A stretch of 64,000 nt of DNA from Eledone cirrhosa (GCA_964016885.1 OZ024742.1:302126001-302190000), one strand, 5' to 3'; shown: positions 1 through 13,100, counted from the stretch's first letter. Notes: a model not told the origin generated them from the letters alone. Numbers and translations are program-made.

Positions 1-419
1 ATTTAATGATCTTTTATATTGATAAGTCACTTAGCTCTTGAGACTGTATAGTTTTGTGTACTGATGGTCAGTTGTGGGCATGCGTGTACATATGCACAAG
101 TAATTTTGTGTGTATAGTGGTGAATGCCATTATTGTGGGGTTGTGAGTAATGCATTGGAAGTGGAAGGGTATAGTGACCTCACATTAGTTGAAAGAATCA
201 ACTGAAGCTCACTCTCTCGTGTCCCATTTATCACACAGACAAGATGGGTTTTCAAGGATCCTGTGTAAAACTCTAAATTTCTGACCAGAGTTTGGCTGAG
301 CACGATTTTTGGGTTGTCCAACTAGAGATGACCAATAAAAACCACTGAAGTGATTTTTTTTTCTTTTGTTTTCTAACACAATTATAATTAAAACTTTTTT
401 AAGACTGTCTCAAACCTGG

Positions 420-670
420 AGGCTCATTAGGCTAGTGCCTATCCAAGTTTCTTTGATGTTAAGTAACTGAGAGTACAAGACTTTCTCCTGGACATGATGC
501 CAATCCATTGCAGAGTTAAACCCCAAGCTACTGCTTGGTACTCATTTTCAGCTGAGTATACTAGAGCAATATGAAATGTGTTTTGCTCAAGAACACAACA
601 CACAACCCAGTCCAGGAATCAAACCCATGACATTATCATCATTAGTTCAACACTCTAACCACTAGGCCAC
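420..670 (-). mobile_element. tRNA-derived SINE (same family as 58382-58670)
   Basis: The reverse complement has a tRNA-like head (GTGGCCTAGTGGTTAG...GGTTTGATTCC), followed by TGTGTTCTTGAGCAAAACAC and CTCAGCTGAAAATGAGTAC, both shared with 58382-58670. Confidence 0.7.
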
Positions 671-723
671 AATTCTTTCTGTTTTTTTAAATATCACAAA
701 ACTATTTTATATATTTTTTGCAG

Positions 724-885
724 ACTGGTCATTTGGTTCGATTGTCTCAACAAGAACTGATTGATTGTTCATGGGGTGAGGGTAACAATGGCTGTGATGG
801 AGGTGAAGATTTCCGAGCCTACGATTGGATTATGAAGACAGGTGGACTGTCAAGTGAAGATTTATATGGACACTATCTTGCTGTT
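724..885 (+). CDS. Internal exon of a C1A papain-family cysteine protease (26/29-kDa proteinase / CfaD-like, cathepsin L-related)
   Basis: Acceptor ttttttgcag ends at 723 and donor gtaag starts at 886; 162 nt, phase 0/0. Translates TGHLVRLSQQELIDCSWGEGNNGCDGGEDFRAYDWIMKTGGLSSEDLYGHYLAV, with the LSxQxLxDC and GCxGG papain motifs. The catalytic Cys exon lies upstream of the window. Confidence 0.93.
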
Positions 886-1202
886 GTAAGACTTGCTTTC
901 AAATCTTTTTCTTCTTTCCTCATACAAAATTTCTGAATGTGTTTTATGCCTAAATTTCTGATATAAGTTATTATTTATCATCATCATCATTTAATGTCCC
1001 CTTTCCAAACTGGCATGGATTGGAAGGGATATCACACAGCATTGACAAGGTCCAGGGGGTCCTGGGGCCTAAGGGGACAGTGGGTGGTGTAGTAGATGAT
1101 ATAGTAGTATATTAAATATCAAATGATACACATTATATATATAGGCAAATAAAGAATATATGATATTTATTTATATATAGTATATATTATATTATTTATT
1201 CT

Positions 1203-1340
1203 AGCATAGTTACGTCCCTTTACAGTCTGAGTTCAAATCCCGGCGAGGTTAACTTTGCCTTTCATCCTTACGGGGTCGATAAAATAAAGTACCAGTAATA
1301 CACTGGGTAATTGCTGGCCTTGTACCTAAAGTAGAAACAG
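1203..1340 (+). mobile_element. tRNA-derived SINE fragment with the GCCTTTCATCC...GGGGTCGATAAA core
   Basis: B-box-like GAGTTCAAATCC plus the conserved core. Related copies at about 29920-30105, 34320-34390, 35310-35390, 35440-35580 and 59195-59260 (+), and 31870-31930, 61461-61640 and 63860-63900 (-). Confidence 0.75.
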
Positions 1341-1755
1341 TTATATTATTTATATATAAATTAACAATTTTATTTATTATATATTATTTGCATGTAGGTA
1401 GGTCTCTTTGGAAATAGGGGCTAGCGGGCGCTGAGGGTATTACATGGCTGTGAGGGGGGGGGGGGGGGGGCAGGGGCAGTGGCCCTAAAAGTTCGAGAAC
1501 CTCTGCTTTACAACATGTACTGGGTCATTGATAGGCAAGACTGAAAGGTTCTCTCCAACCCAAGGGTGTGGAGTTTGAGCCCCTACCTCCTTTTTTTCAA
1601 TATTTAATCCCTCCCTATTTTTTCTTTTTTTTCCTGTTTATTATTTTAATCCTTTTTAAAAAAAAAAAAAACTTTCTTCACAGTAACTGATTGATTTTGA
1701 CCTTGTAACCTGGACTTCTGTTGTTACAGAGACCTTTCCACCATATTACTGCACG

Positions 1756-2385
1756 TCTCTCTCTGTCTCTCTGTCTCTCTGTCTGATGTATCTCTGTCTG
1801 TGTATCTCTCTGTCTGTCTGTGTGTATATCTCTCTGTCTGTCTGTGTGTATATCTCTCTGTCTGTCTGTGTGTATATCTGTCTGTCTGTCTGTCTGTCTG
1901 TGTGTATATCTCTCTGTCTCTCTCTGTGTATATCTCTGTCTGTGTATGTCTCTGTCTGTCTGTGTGTATATCTCTCTGTCTCTCTCTGTGTATATCTCTG
2001 TCTGTCTGTGTATGTCTCTCTGTCTGTCTGTCTGTGTATGTCTCTGTCTGTCTGTGTATGTCTCTGTCTGTCTGTGTATGTCTCTGTCTGTCTGTGTATG
2101 TCTCTGTCTGTCTGTGTGTATATCTCTCTGTCTCTCTCTGTGTATATCTCTGTCTGTCTGTGTATGTCTCTCTGTCTGTCTGTGTATGTCTCTGTCTGTC
2201 TGTGTGTATATCTCTCTGTCTGTCTGTGTATGTCTCTGTCTGTCTGTCTGTGTGTATATCTCTCTGTCTGTGTGTATATCTGTCTGTCTGTGTGTATATC
2301 TGTCTGTCTGTCTGTGTGTATATCTGTCTGTCTGTGTATGTCTCTGTTTGTCTGTGTGTATATCTGTCTGTCTATCTGTATGTCT
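1756..2385. repeat. Compound TCTG/TG/TA microsatellite, left flank of the retrotransposon
   Basis: Units such as TATATCTCTCTGTCTGTCTGTGTG and TATGTCTCTGTCTGTCTGTG. Confidence 0.95.
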
Positions 2386-2681
2386 TTGATAGTAGACGTC
2401 TTTCATATCGGCTCTTCGATTTGGAATTTTTACCTGGAATATTTGTGAGTGCATTATTTAAATTGTTTTTTATTATTGACTCTAACCCCTAGTCTGGGAC
2501 TGTAGACGTAGGGTAAATATATTTTCACCCCTTTTGGGGTGAAAAATATTTAATTCAAAAATGTTTATCGATATCGTTGAAAACGATATCGCCATATTGG
2601 AAGCTAACGCCACGCCTACCAAAAAAATAAGCGAGAAAGAGGGAACAACAATTCAAACTGTTGAACAGCCCCTCCTCTCCA

Positions 2682-4313
2682 ATGAAAAAAAAGAATATTA
2701 ATTCGAATGAAAACCTAAATTTTGAAGAAAAAAATAGCACCACAAATAATGAAACCAACAACATTACAACAACAAGCAACAAAGACAACAAAATTTCTTT
2801 TGCCCAAGCGGTCAGGAAAGCTATCGAATACAAGCCCATAGATATTACTAACGCTAAGCAAAACTTGCTAGATGCCAGAAAATACGTATCTTTTGGGGAG
2901 GATGGTTCTTTTACGATCAACTCCCCAGAAAAAGTTCGTCAACAGGTATATAGGAATACCATAACCTTCAGAACGATATCCAACACAACTAGAAAGCCAG
3001 CTCAATTGACAGAAAGTCAAATTGGGCAGGTATTGAAAGACATTAAAGAAAACATACTTTTTATTGAAAGAGGAAAGCTGTATGCCAGCATTATGGTCCG
3101 AATAAAGGACGAAATGCTGGCTCAAAAATGCTCGGTGGCACCTATAGTGTCACCACAATACACCTTCTTCCCCACGTATAAAGGAAGAAGAACTCAGAGA
3201 CTAAGAATGTGGAGCCCAACGCCAGAAGTTAACATCTGGTCCGTCCTGACAGGATTTACGGACCTAGAAAAGGACATCCTTATTTCAGCAGGGGAGTCCA
3301 CCAGTGGACTGTTCGGGGGGAAAAGTTTGGAGGTTCTCTTACAGATGACACCTGAGAGAATCGCCGGAATACCCGACCGAGTCCTACTGGATGGGCGAAC
3401 CTTCGTAAATATTACGGTGGAAGGCAGGAGACCCTCATGTTACCACTGCGCTGGCAGAGGTCACCTGAGGACGGCCTGCCCTCTACTAACAACAAAAAAA
3501 CCACTGCTACAAACACCACAACAACAACAAAAACAACCAGCACCACCACCACAAAAACAACAAAATACAGTACCATCACCACCACAACGACAACAAAAAC
3601 CACCAACACCACCACCTCCACCACAACAACAACATCAACAACAGCGCAAGAAAACAACCCAAAACACGGTCCCACCCAGCCCCTCCCCACAGAACACAAA
3701 TACAAAAACACACGCAGTTCATACACAACCCGGAGATATACCCCTCCCCTCCAATACGGAAGAGGAGCTCATATCGTCGGAAGACGAGGGGGCTCCCTTC
3801 CAAAAAGTGAAAAGAAAAAAACGTACACACACCACACAAACAAAAATAACCCCACCTGACAACACAACACAGACAACAAAACGCAAACTCACTCAAGAAC
3901 AACAAGCAAAAACAAACACAACAACACAAAAACACTACACATACATAAACAAAAACAATAAAAACCTAACAGAAAAAATAGAAAACAACCCTTCGGTACA
4001 AACCGAAGGGCCGAATTTTGTAACGGCAATGGGACTCCCTAACCTGAAAATGGTGAAAGTCCCACTTGACATTTTTAAAACTTTGAAAAACATTTACCCT
4101 GAGGACGTGGGGCCACCCTGCACCAGGCCACTCAACCGCGTCCTCCTGAAAGGTTTTCCCCTCCCCTCCTCAAACACCCACACAACTCCAAACACCCCAA
4201 CCCCTCCACACACTAATACCCCCACACCATCACAAACCACCATCCCACCCAACAACCCCTCCACCAGCCCCATGGAAACTGAGCGGCCCGAACCCCGGTA
4301 CGCAGAGAGGTAA
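2682..4313 (+). CDS. Retrotransposon ORF1 (gag-like nucleic-acid-binding protein)
   Basis: The frame is open from 2661 to 4313, with the first in-frame ATG at 2682. It has the zinc knuckle CYHCAGRGHLRTAC followed by a Pro/Gln/Thr-rich basic tail. An upstream ATG at 2561 would join this frame if the A8 run at 2685-2692 were A7. Confidence 0.85.
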   Translation: MKKKNINSNENLNFEEKNSTTNNETNNITTTSNKDNKISFAQAVRKAIEYKPIDITNAKQNLLDARKYVSFGEDGSFTINSPEKVRQQVYRNTITFRTISNTTRKPAQLTESQIGQVLKDIKENILFIERGKLYASIMVRIKDEMLAQKCSVAPIVSPQYTFFPTYKGRRTQRLRMWSPTPEVNIWSVLTGFTDLEKDILISAGESTSGLFGGKSLEVLLQMTPERIAGIPDRVLLDGRTFVNITVEGRRPSCYHCAGRGHLRTACPLLTTKKPLLQTPQQQQKQPAPPPQKQQNTVPSPPQRQQKPPTPPPPPQQQHQQQRKKTTQNTVPPSPSPQNTNTKTHAVHTQPGDIPLPSNTEEELISSEDEGAPFQKVKRKKRTHTTQTKITPPDNTTQTTKRKLTQEQQAKTNTTTQKHYTYINKNNKNLTEKIENNPSVQTEGPNFVTAMGLPNLKMVKVPLDIFKTLKNIYPEDVGPPCTRPLNRVLLKGFPLPSSNTHTTPNTPTPPHTNTPTPSQTTIPPNNPSTSPMETERPEPRYAER

Positions 4314-4336
4314 GTGCCTCTTTCTTTGCCACCAAC

Positions 4337-6984
4337 ATGGCTGTGTTAAGAGTGGGTTGTCTAAATGCGCGTGGCCTGGGCTCACCTTGGAAGCAAGCTA
4401 AACTTCTAAATGACCTCAGGTCACAATGTATAAATGTGATGGTTATTTGCGAGGCCCGGATCAGCAGCGTGCGACAGCTAGCCCCCACCTTTGATGACTT
4501 TGAGATGCACGCATCTATGTGTCAGCCCGGTGGTGGGGGTGGGGTTGTCGTTCTGCTGCAAAAACATCTGGGTCTCGCTACACAGACGGTACACTTGGAC
4601 CCGGAGGGTCGACTCGTGGTTCTGGACCTTGGCAATGGTGAAGGCGAAGCTTTTAGGCTTGTCGCCGTATACACCCCTTTTGGGGCAATGCGGTCGGACT
4701 TCTTCCATCGTCTGGAGACTTTTCTAGGGACGTCCCATTCCTTGCTTTTAGTGGGGGACTGGAATGGTATCCTAGATGCGCGTTGGGACTATGTAGGGGC
4801 ATGTCCCGATAGAGGGGGAGTGTAACAGCCTCAAGGGGTTAATCGGCCGATTTGACCTGGCCGATAGATACCGACTAGATTTTCCGACTGGGCCAACCTG
4901 GACTTGGTCAAATAACAGTGGTCAATCTAGATCGTACCTAGATAGGTTCTTAGTTAGAATTAAGGATAGGGACTTTTTAAGTTGTCCAGAAATGCTCATG
5001 GTGGGCTATTCAGACCACAAGTTAGTGACCTGCGTAGTCCACCTTGATAGAACGCATAGGCAGGGACCCGGTTACTGGAAGCTCAACTTGTCCTTACCGG
5101 CATAACTCTGCTAAATGCAGAGTTAAAGATTTTGGCCAAGGTGTTAGCGAAGAGGTTGGCGCTTGTCGTGGGGGGTCTGGTGGGAGATTCGCAGACATGC
5201 GCTATGCCATCCAGGTCCATCCACGACAACCTCCACCTCATGCGATACATCATAGAGAGGGTTGGGAACGAACCCTGCTTTGGTGGGGCCCTGATAAATT
5301 TAGATCAGTCTAAAGCGTTCGATAGGGTGGACCATGGTTACCTGGATGCGGTGCTAGCGGCGGCTGGGTTCGGACCCGTTTTCAGGAGCTGGATCACTGC
5401 CATGCACAGCAGCCGCATCTGCTCTAGAGTCAAGGTGAACGGCTACCTTTCGGAGCCGTTCGAAATCACCCGCTCCATCCGACAGGGGTGCCCTCTCTCC
5501 TCCCTTCTGTATGTATTGGCTCTTGAGCCACTACTGCGGAAGTTGGAGTTGTTGCAGGGCATCCCTTTGGAACTGGGATTGCGCAAAGCGGTGTCGGCCT
5601 ACGCCGATGACGTAACAGTAATGGTGTCGACCACCTCGGAAATCGAGGCAATCGGCACCTTACTGGAGGAGTACGAAAGGTTGACAGGGGCTAAGCTGAA
5701 CTGGGACAAGTCAGTCGCTTTGCAACTCGGTGAGTGGAGGGGCAAAACGATGTCGTGCGACGGTATCGTCGGACGGTGGACGGAGGGCCCGGTGAAGTTG
5801 CTTGGGGTCTGGTTCGGACCGGGCCTCCAGGTGGAGAAAAACTGGGGTGAGGTGACGAATAGGGTGTTTGCACTGACCCAGAAGTGGGCCGAGTGCAAAC
5901 TATCTCTGAAAGGTCGGGCGGAGGTGGCGAACGCTTACATAGCGTCCGTCATCTATTACCGCTTGACTGTCGTGCCTTGCCCGGGTGAGATCCTCGCCAA
6001 AATGGAGTGCGCCCTCTTTTATTTCCTTTTGAAGAAGAGGTCTCCTCTGGTGAGGAGATCCATCTGCTTTCAACACCCTTTGAAAGGAGGGCTGGGGATG
6101 CCGTGGCTAAAAATGCGTAAACACGCATTGATGCTAAGGCACCTCCAGGTATTCCTCACCGGTCAACCGGTGTGGGCCCCGTTTGTGAGGCGAGCCTTCC
6201 TGAGGCTCATCTCGCTCACCGAGCTGCAGTCCTGGGTGAAGCAAAGACCGAGAAAACTGGGCAACTGGCACACTGAGTGTGCCCAGGCGCTCACGGCTCT
6301 CTGGCAGGCGGACCCGGCTATCGACGGAGACTCCACCTCGTCATTCTTTCGAGGGCTGGTGGTTAGCGGGTGCGACGACGCCCTCGGAGAAACCCTAAGC
6401 ATGGAGGAGGACGAACTGGCCTGTCTATTCGGTAGGACTTTCGGCCCGGGACCTATGGACAACTTCCAGAAGTCCTTGGCCTGGCATTGCTACCGAGGGG
6501 CTCTGCCCGTTCGGGATAAGCTCTACAGACACGGGCGCCCGGGTAGGGACCCCTCGAAGAAGATCTGTCCCAGATGTGTGCGCAACGAGGAAACCGTCGC
6601 GCACGCATTGGTGCACTGCCCGGGCGTCGCCGATCTGTGGGGTTATGTCGAAGAACTGCTGTAACGGATGGGACCAATTAGGTTGACCACCGAGTCAATT
6701 GTAACGATCAAGCCGCCTCCCCCCTTCAAAAATGAAGGAGAGGCGGTCTTCCTCTGTGTAATAGCCATGGTAAAAGAGGTTATATGGTGGACGCGTCTGA
6801 AAGGGCTGAGGTCGGACACCTTTCTCTCCGGCCAACAACTGGTCCTTTTCTTCCGATACCATTTCGGAAGGATGGAGAGAGAGGTGCTCCACTCCAGCCA
6901 GTTTTATGAAAGGTGGGTGAAAGTTGGGTGAAAGTTGCGAGAATGGCCCGTGTGAATGGGCCTTCTCTCTACCTCAGCCTGTAG
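4337..6984 (+). pseudogene. Retrotransposon ORF2 (APE endonuclease - reverse transcriptase - zf-RVT), disrupted
   Basis: EN motifs LNARGL, GDWN, SYLDRF and YSDHK; RT motifs LDQSKAFDRVDH, RQGCPLS and YADD; zinc finger CPRC...HALVHC. Lesions: frameshift near 4820, deletion junction near 5097-5101, in-frame TAA at 6662-6664, and an 11-bp duplication at 6915-6936. The natural stop is inferred at 6982-6984. Confidence 0.9.
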
Positions 6985-7195
6985 GTGGAACAGGAAGAAG
7001 GGAGCACCCTCTCTTTGTGCTCCCGTGGAGAAGGGTCGGGGGTGTGTGTGACCCCAAAACGATCCCTCCCTATTGAGGACCTTCTTGTTACTATTTTGTT
7101 TGTTATATTTTTCTTACTCGATTTTTATGTAAACTCCCCCCACCCATGTACATGTCCCTTTCTTTTGTGCCCTAGTGGCAAATAAACAGAAATTT

Positions 7196-10100
7196 GTCTG
7201 TATGTCTCTGTCTGTGTGTGTATCTGTCTGTGTGTGTATCTGTCTGTGTGTATCTGTCTGTGTGTATCTGTCTGTGTGTGTATCTGTCTGTGTGTGTATC
7301 TGTCTGTGTGTGTGTGTATCTGTCTGTGTGTGTGTGTATCTGTCTGTGTGTGTGTGTATCTGTCTGTGTGTGTGTGTATCTGTCTGTGTGGGTGTGTATC
7401 TGTCTGTGTGTGTATCTGTCTGTGTGTGTATCTGTCTGTGTGTGTATCTGTCTGTGTGTGTATCTGTCTGTGTGTGTATCTGTCTGTGTGTATCTGTCTG
7501 TGTGTGTATCTGTCTGTGTGTGTATCTGTCTCTGTGTATCTGTCTCTGTGTATCTGTCTCTGTGTATCTGTCTGTGTGTGTATCTGTCTGTGTGTGTGTA
7601 TCTGTCTGTGTGTGTGTATCTGTCTGTGTGTGTATCTGTCTGTGTGTATCTGTCTGTGTGTGTGTATCTGTCTGTGTGTGTATCTGTCTGTGTGTATCTG
7701 TCTGTGTGTATCTGTCTGTGTGTGTATCTGTCTGTGTGTATCTGTCTGTGTGTATCTGTCTGTGTGTATCTGTCTGTGTGTATCTGTCTGTGTGTGTATC
7801 TGTCTGTGTGTGTATCTGTCTGTGTGTGTATCTGTCTGTGTGTGTATCTGTCTGTGTGTGTATCTGTCTGTGTGTGTATCTGTGTGTGTGTGTGTGTTTA
7901 TCTGTCTGTGTGTGTATCTGTCTGTGTGTATCTGTCTGTGTGTATCTGTCTGTGTGTGTATCTGTCTGTGTGTGTATCTGTCTGTGTGTGTATCTGTCTG
8001 TGTGTGTATCTGTCTGTGTGTATCTGTCTGTGTGTATCTGTCTGTGTGTGTATCTGTCTGTGTGTGTATCTGTCTGTGTGTGTATCTGTCTGTGTGTGTA
8101 TCTGTCTGTGTGTGTATCTGTCTGTGTGTGTATCTGTGTGTGTGTTTATCTGTCTGTGTGTGTATCTGTGTGTGTGTATCTGTGTGTGTGTATCTGTCTG
8201 TGTGTGTATCTGTCTGTGTGTATCTGTCTGTGTGTATCTGTGTGTGTATCTGTCTGTGTGTGTATCTGTCTGTGTGTGTATCTGTCTGTGTGTGTATCTG
8301 TCTGTGTGTGTATCTGTCTGTGTGTGTATCTGTCTGTGTGTGTACCTGTCTGTGTGTGTATCTGTCTGTGTGTGTATCTGTCTGTGTGTGTATCTGTCTG
8401 TATGTGTCTGTCTGTGTGTGTATCTGTCTGTGTGTATCTGTCTGTGTGTGTATCTGTCTGTGTGTATCTGTCTGTGTGTATCTGTCTGTGTGTATCTGTC
8501 TGTGTGTGTATCTGTCTGTGTGTGTATCTGTCTGTGTGTGTATCTGTCTGTGTGTGTATCTGTCTGTGTGTGTATCTGTCTGTGTGTGTATCTGTCTGTG
8601 TGTGTACCTGTCTGTGTGTGTACCTGTCTGTGTGTGTACCTGTCTGTGTGTATCTGTCTGTGTGTATCTGTCTGTGTGTGTATCTGTCTGTGTGTATCTG
8701 TCTGTGTGTATCTATCTCTGTGTGTATCTATCTCTGTGTGTATCTGTCTGTGTGTGTATCTGTCTGTGTGTGTATCTGTCTGTGTGTGTATCTGTCTGTG
8801 TGTATCTGTCTGTGTGTATCTGTCTGTGTGTATCTATCTCTGTGTGTATCTGTGTGTGTGTACCTGTCTGTGTGTATCTGTGTGTGTGTATCTGTGTGTG
8901 TGTACCTGTCTGTGTGTATCTGTCTGTGTGTATCTGTCTGTGTGTGTATCTGTCTGTGTGTATCTATCTCTGTGTGTATCTGTGTGTGTGTACCTGTCTG
9001 TGTGTATCTGTCTGTGTGTGTATCTGTCTGTGTGTATCTGTCTGTGTGTGTATCTGTCTGTGCGTATCTGTCTGTGTGTGTATCTGTCTGTGTGCGTATC
9101 TGTCTGTGTGTGTATCTGTCTGTGTGTGTATCTGTCTGTGTGTATCTATCTCTGTGTGTATCTGTCTGTGTGTGTATCTGTCTGTGTGTGTATCTCTCTG
9201 TGTGTATCTGTCTGTGTGTGTATCTGTCTGTGTGTATCTATCTCTGTGTGTATCTGTCTGTGTGTACCTGTCTGTGTGTACCTGTCTGTGTGTGTCTGTC
9301 TGTGTGTGTATCTGTCTGTGTGTATCTGTCTGTGTGTGTATCTGTCTGTGTGTGTATCTGTCTGTATGTGTCTGTCTGTGTGTGTATCTGTCTGTGTGTA
9401 TCTGTCTGTGTGTGTATCTGTCTGTGTGTATCTGTCTGTGTGTATCTGTCTGTGTGTGTATCTGTCTGTGTGTGTATCTGTCTGTGTGTGTATCTGTCTG
9501 TGTGTGTATCTGTCTGTGTGTGTATCTGTCTGTGTGTGTATCTGTCTGTGTGTGTATCTGTCTGTGTGTGTACCTGTCTGTGTGTGTACCTGTCTGTGTG
9601 TGTACCTGTCTGTGTGTATCTGTCTGTGTGTATCTGTCTGTGTGTATCTGTCTGTGTGTATCTGTCTGTGTGTGTATCTGTCTGTGTGTATCTGTCTGTG
9701 TGTATCTGTCTGTGTGTATCTGTCTGTGTGTATCTGTCTGTGTGTGTATCTGTCTGTGTGTATCTGTCTGTGTGTATCTGTCTGTGTGTGTATCTGTGTG
9801 TGTACCTGTCTGTGTGTATCTGTCTGTGTGTGTATCTGTCTGTGTGTGTATCTGTCTGTGTGTGTATCTGTCTGTGTGTGTATCTGTCTGTGTGTGTATC
9901 TGTCTGTGTGTGTATCTGTCTGTGTGTGTATCTGTCTATGTGTGTATCTGTCTGTGTGTGTATCTGTCTGTGTGTATCTGTCTGTGTGTGTATCTGTCTG
10001 TGTGTGTATCTGTCTGTGTGTGTATCTGTCTGTGTGTGTATCTGTGTGTGTGTATCTGTGTGTGTGTATCTGTCTGTGTGTATCTGTCTGTGTGTATCTG

Positions 10101-13100
10101 TCTGTGTGTGTATCTGTCTGTGTGTGTATCTGTCTGTGTGTGTATCTGTCTGTGTGTGTATCTGTCTGTGTGTGTACCTGTCTGTGTGTATCTGTCTGTG
10201 TGTATCTGTCTGTGTGTGTATCTGTCTGTGTGTATCTATCTCTGTATGTATCTGTCTGTGTGTATCTGTGTGTGTGTCCCTGTCTGTGTGTATCTGTCTG
10301 TGTGTATCTGTCTGTGTGTATCTGTCTGTGTGTGTATCTGTCTGTGTGTATCTGTCTGTGTGTGTATCTGTCTGTGTGTATCTATCTCTGTGTGTATCTG
10401 TCTGTGTGTATCTGTCTGTGTGTGTATCTGTCTGTGTGTGTATCTGTCTGTGTGTATCTGTCTGCGTGTGTATCTGTCTGCGTGTGTATCTGTCTGTGTG
10501 TGTACCTGTCTGTGTGTGTATCTGTGTGTGTATCTGTCTGTGTGTATCTGTCTGTGTGTATCTGTCTGTGTGTATCTGTCTGTGTGTGTATCTGTCTGTG
10601 TGTGTACCTGTCTGTGTGTGTATCTGTCTGTGTGTGTATCTGTCTGTGTGTGTACCTGTCTGTGTGTGTGTCTGTGTGTGTATCTATCTGTGTGTATCTG
10701 TCTGTGTGTATCTGTCTGTGTGTGTATCTGTCTGTGTGTGTATCTGTCTGTGTGTGTATCTGTCTGTGTGTGTATCTGTCTGTGTGTGTATCTGTCTGTG
10801 TGTATCTGTCTGTGTGTGTATCTGTCTGTGTGTGTATCTGTCTGTGTGTGTATCTGTCTGTGTGTGTATCTGTCTGTGTGTATCTGTCTGTGTGTACCTG
10901 TCTGTGTGTGTGTATCTGTCTGTGTGTGTATCTGTCTGTGTGTGTATCTGTCTGTGTGTATCTGTCTGTGTGTATCTGTCTGTGTGTATCTGTCTGTGTG
11001 TGTATCTGTCTGTGTGTGTATCTATCTGTGTGTGTATCTGTGTGTATCTGTCTGTGTGTGTATCTGTCTGTGTGTATCTGTCTGTGTGTATCTGTCTGTG
11101 TGTGTATCTGTCTGTGTGTATCTATCTCTGTGTGTATCTGTCTGTGTGTATCTATCTCTGTGTGTATCTGTCTGTGTGTATCTATCTCTGTGTGTATCTG
11201 TCTGTGTGTGTATCTGTCTGTGTGTGTATCTGTCTGTGTGTGTATCTGTCTGTGTGTATCTATCTCTGTGTGTATCTGTCTGTGTGTATCTATCTCTGTG
11301 TGTATCTGTCTGTGTGTATCTATCTCTGTGTGTATCTGTCTGTGTGTATCTGTCTGTGTGTATCTATCTCTGTGTGTATCTGTCTGTGTGTGTATCTGTC
11401 TGTGTGTGTATCTGTCTGTGTGTGTATCTGTCTGTGTGTGTATCTGTCTGTGTGTGTACCTGTCTGTGTGTGTACCTGTCTGTGTGTATCTGTCTGTGTG
11501 TATCTGTCTGTGTGTGTATCTGTCTGTGTGTGTATCTGTCTGTGTGTGTATCTGTCTGTGTGTGTATCTGTCTGTGTGTATCTGTCCGTGTGTGTATCTG
11601 TCTGTGTGTATCTGTCTGTGTGTGGATCTGTCTGTGTGTGGATCTGTCTGTGTGTGTATCTATCTCTGTGTGTATCTGTCTGTGTGTGTATCTGTCTGTG
11701 TGTGTATCTGTCTGTGTGTATCTATCTCTGTGTGTATCTGTCTGTGTGTGTATCTGTCTGTGTGTATCTATCTCTGTGTGTATCTGTCTGTGTGTGTATC
11801 TGTCTGTGTGTATCTATCTCTGTGTGTATCTGTCTGTGTGTATCTGTCTGTGTGTGTATCTGTCTGTGTGTGTATCTGTCTGTGTGTATCTGTCTCTGTG
11901 TGTATCTGTCTGTGTGTGTATCTGTCTGTGTGTGTATCTGTCTGTGGGTATCTCTGTGTGTGTATCTGTCTGTGTGTGTATCTGTCTGTGTGTGTATCTG
12001 TCTGTGTGTATCTGTCTGTGTCTGTATCTGTCTGTGTGTGTATCTGTCTGTGTGTGTATCTGTCCGTGTGTGTATCTGTCTGTGTGTATCTATCTCTGTG
12101 TGTATCTGTCTGTGTGTGTATCTGTCTGTGTGTATCTATCTCTGTGTGTATCTGTCTGTGTGTATCTGTCTGTGTGTATCTATCTCTGTGTGTATCTGTC
12201 TGTGTGTATCTGTCTGTGTGTGTATCTGTCTGTGTGTGTATCTGTCTGTGTGTATCTATCTCTGTGTGTATCTGTCTGTGTGTGTATCTGTCTGTGTGTG
12301 TATCTGTCTGTGTGTATCTGTCTGTGTGTGTATCTGTCTGTGTGTGTATCTGTCTGTGTGTATCTGTCTGTGTGTGTATCTGTCTGTGTGTGTATCTGTC
12401 TGTGTGTATCTGTCTGTGTGTGTATCTGTCTGTGTGTGTATCTGTCTGTGTGTGTATCTGTCTGTGTGTATCTGTCTGTGTGTGTATCTGTCTGTGTGTG
12501 TATCTCTCTGTGTGTATCTGTCTGTGTGTGTATCTGTCTGTGTGTATCTATCTCTGTGTGTATCTGTCTGTGTGTACCTGTCTGTGTGTACCTGTCTGTG
12601 TGTACCTGTCTGTGTGTGTCTGTCTGTGTGTGTATCTGTCTGTGTGTATCTGTCTGTGTGTATCTGTCTGTGTGTGTATCTGTCTGTGTGTGTATCTGTC
12701 TGTGTGTATCTGTCTGTGTGTGTATCTGTCTGTGTGTATCTGTCTGTGTCTATCTATCTCTGTGTGTATCTGTCTGTGTGTATCTGTCTGTGTGTATCTG
12801 TCTGTATGTATCTGTCTGTGTGTGTATCTGTCTGTGTGTGTATCTGTTTGTGTGTGTATCTGTCTGTGTGTGTATCTGTTTGTGTGTGTATCTGTCTGTG
12901 TGTGTATCTGTCTGTGTGTATCTGTCTGTGTGTATCTGTCTGTGTGTGTATCTGTCTGTGTGTATCTGTCTGTGTGTGTATCTGTCTTTGTGTGTATCTG
13001 TTTGTGTGTGTATCTGTCTGTGTGTGTATCTGTCTGTGTGTATCTGTCTGTGTGTATCTATCTCTGTGTGTATCTGTCTGTGTATCTGTCTGTGTGTGTA

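Larger units (their letters stand above)
2386..7195 (+). mobile_element. Non-LTR retrotransposon, Tx1/L1 group; near full length but internally deleted
   Basis: Two-ORF layout: ORF1 has a CCHC knuckle, ORF2 has APE endonuclease, RT and a C-terminal zinc finger. AATAAA at 7181-7186 with no poly(A) tail. Candidate 11-bp TSD TCTGTATGTCT at 2375-2385 and 7197-7207. Confidence 0.9.

Noticed and set aside
3412-3935. Val-rich and Thr-rich alternative ORFs
   Set aside because: They are shadow frames of the low-complexity part of ORF1.
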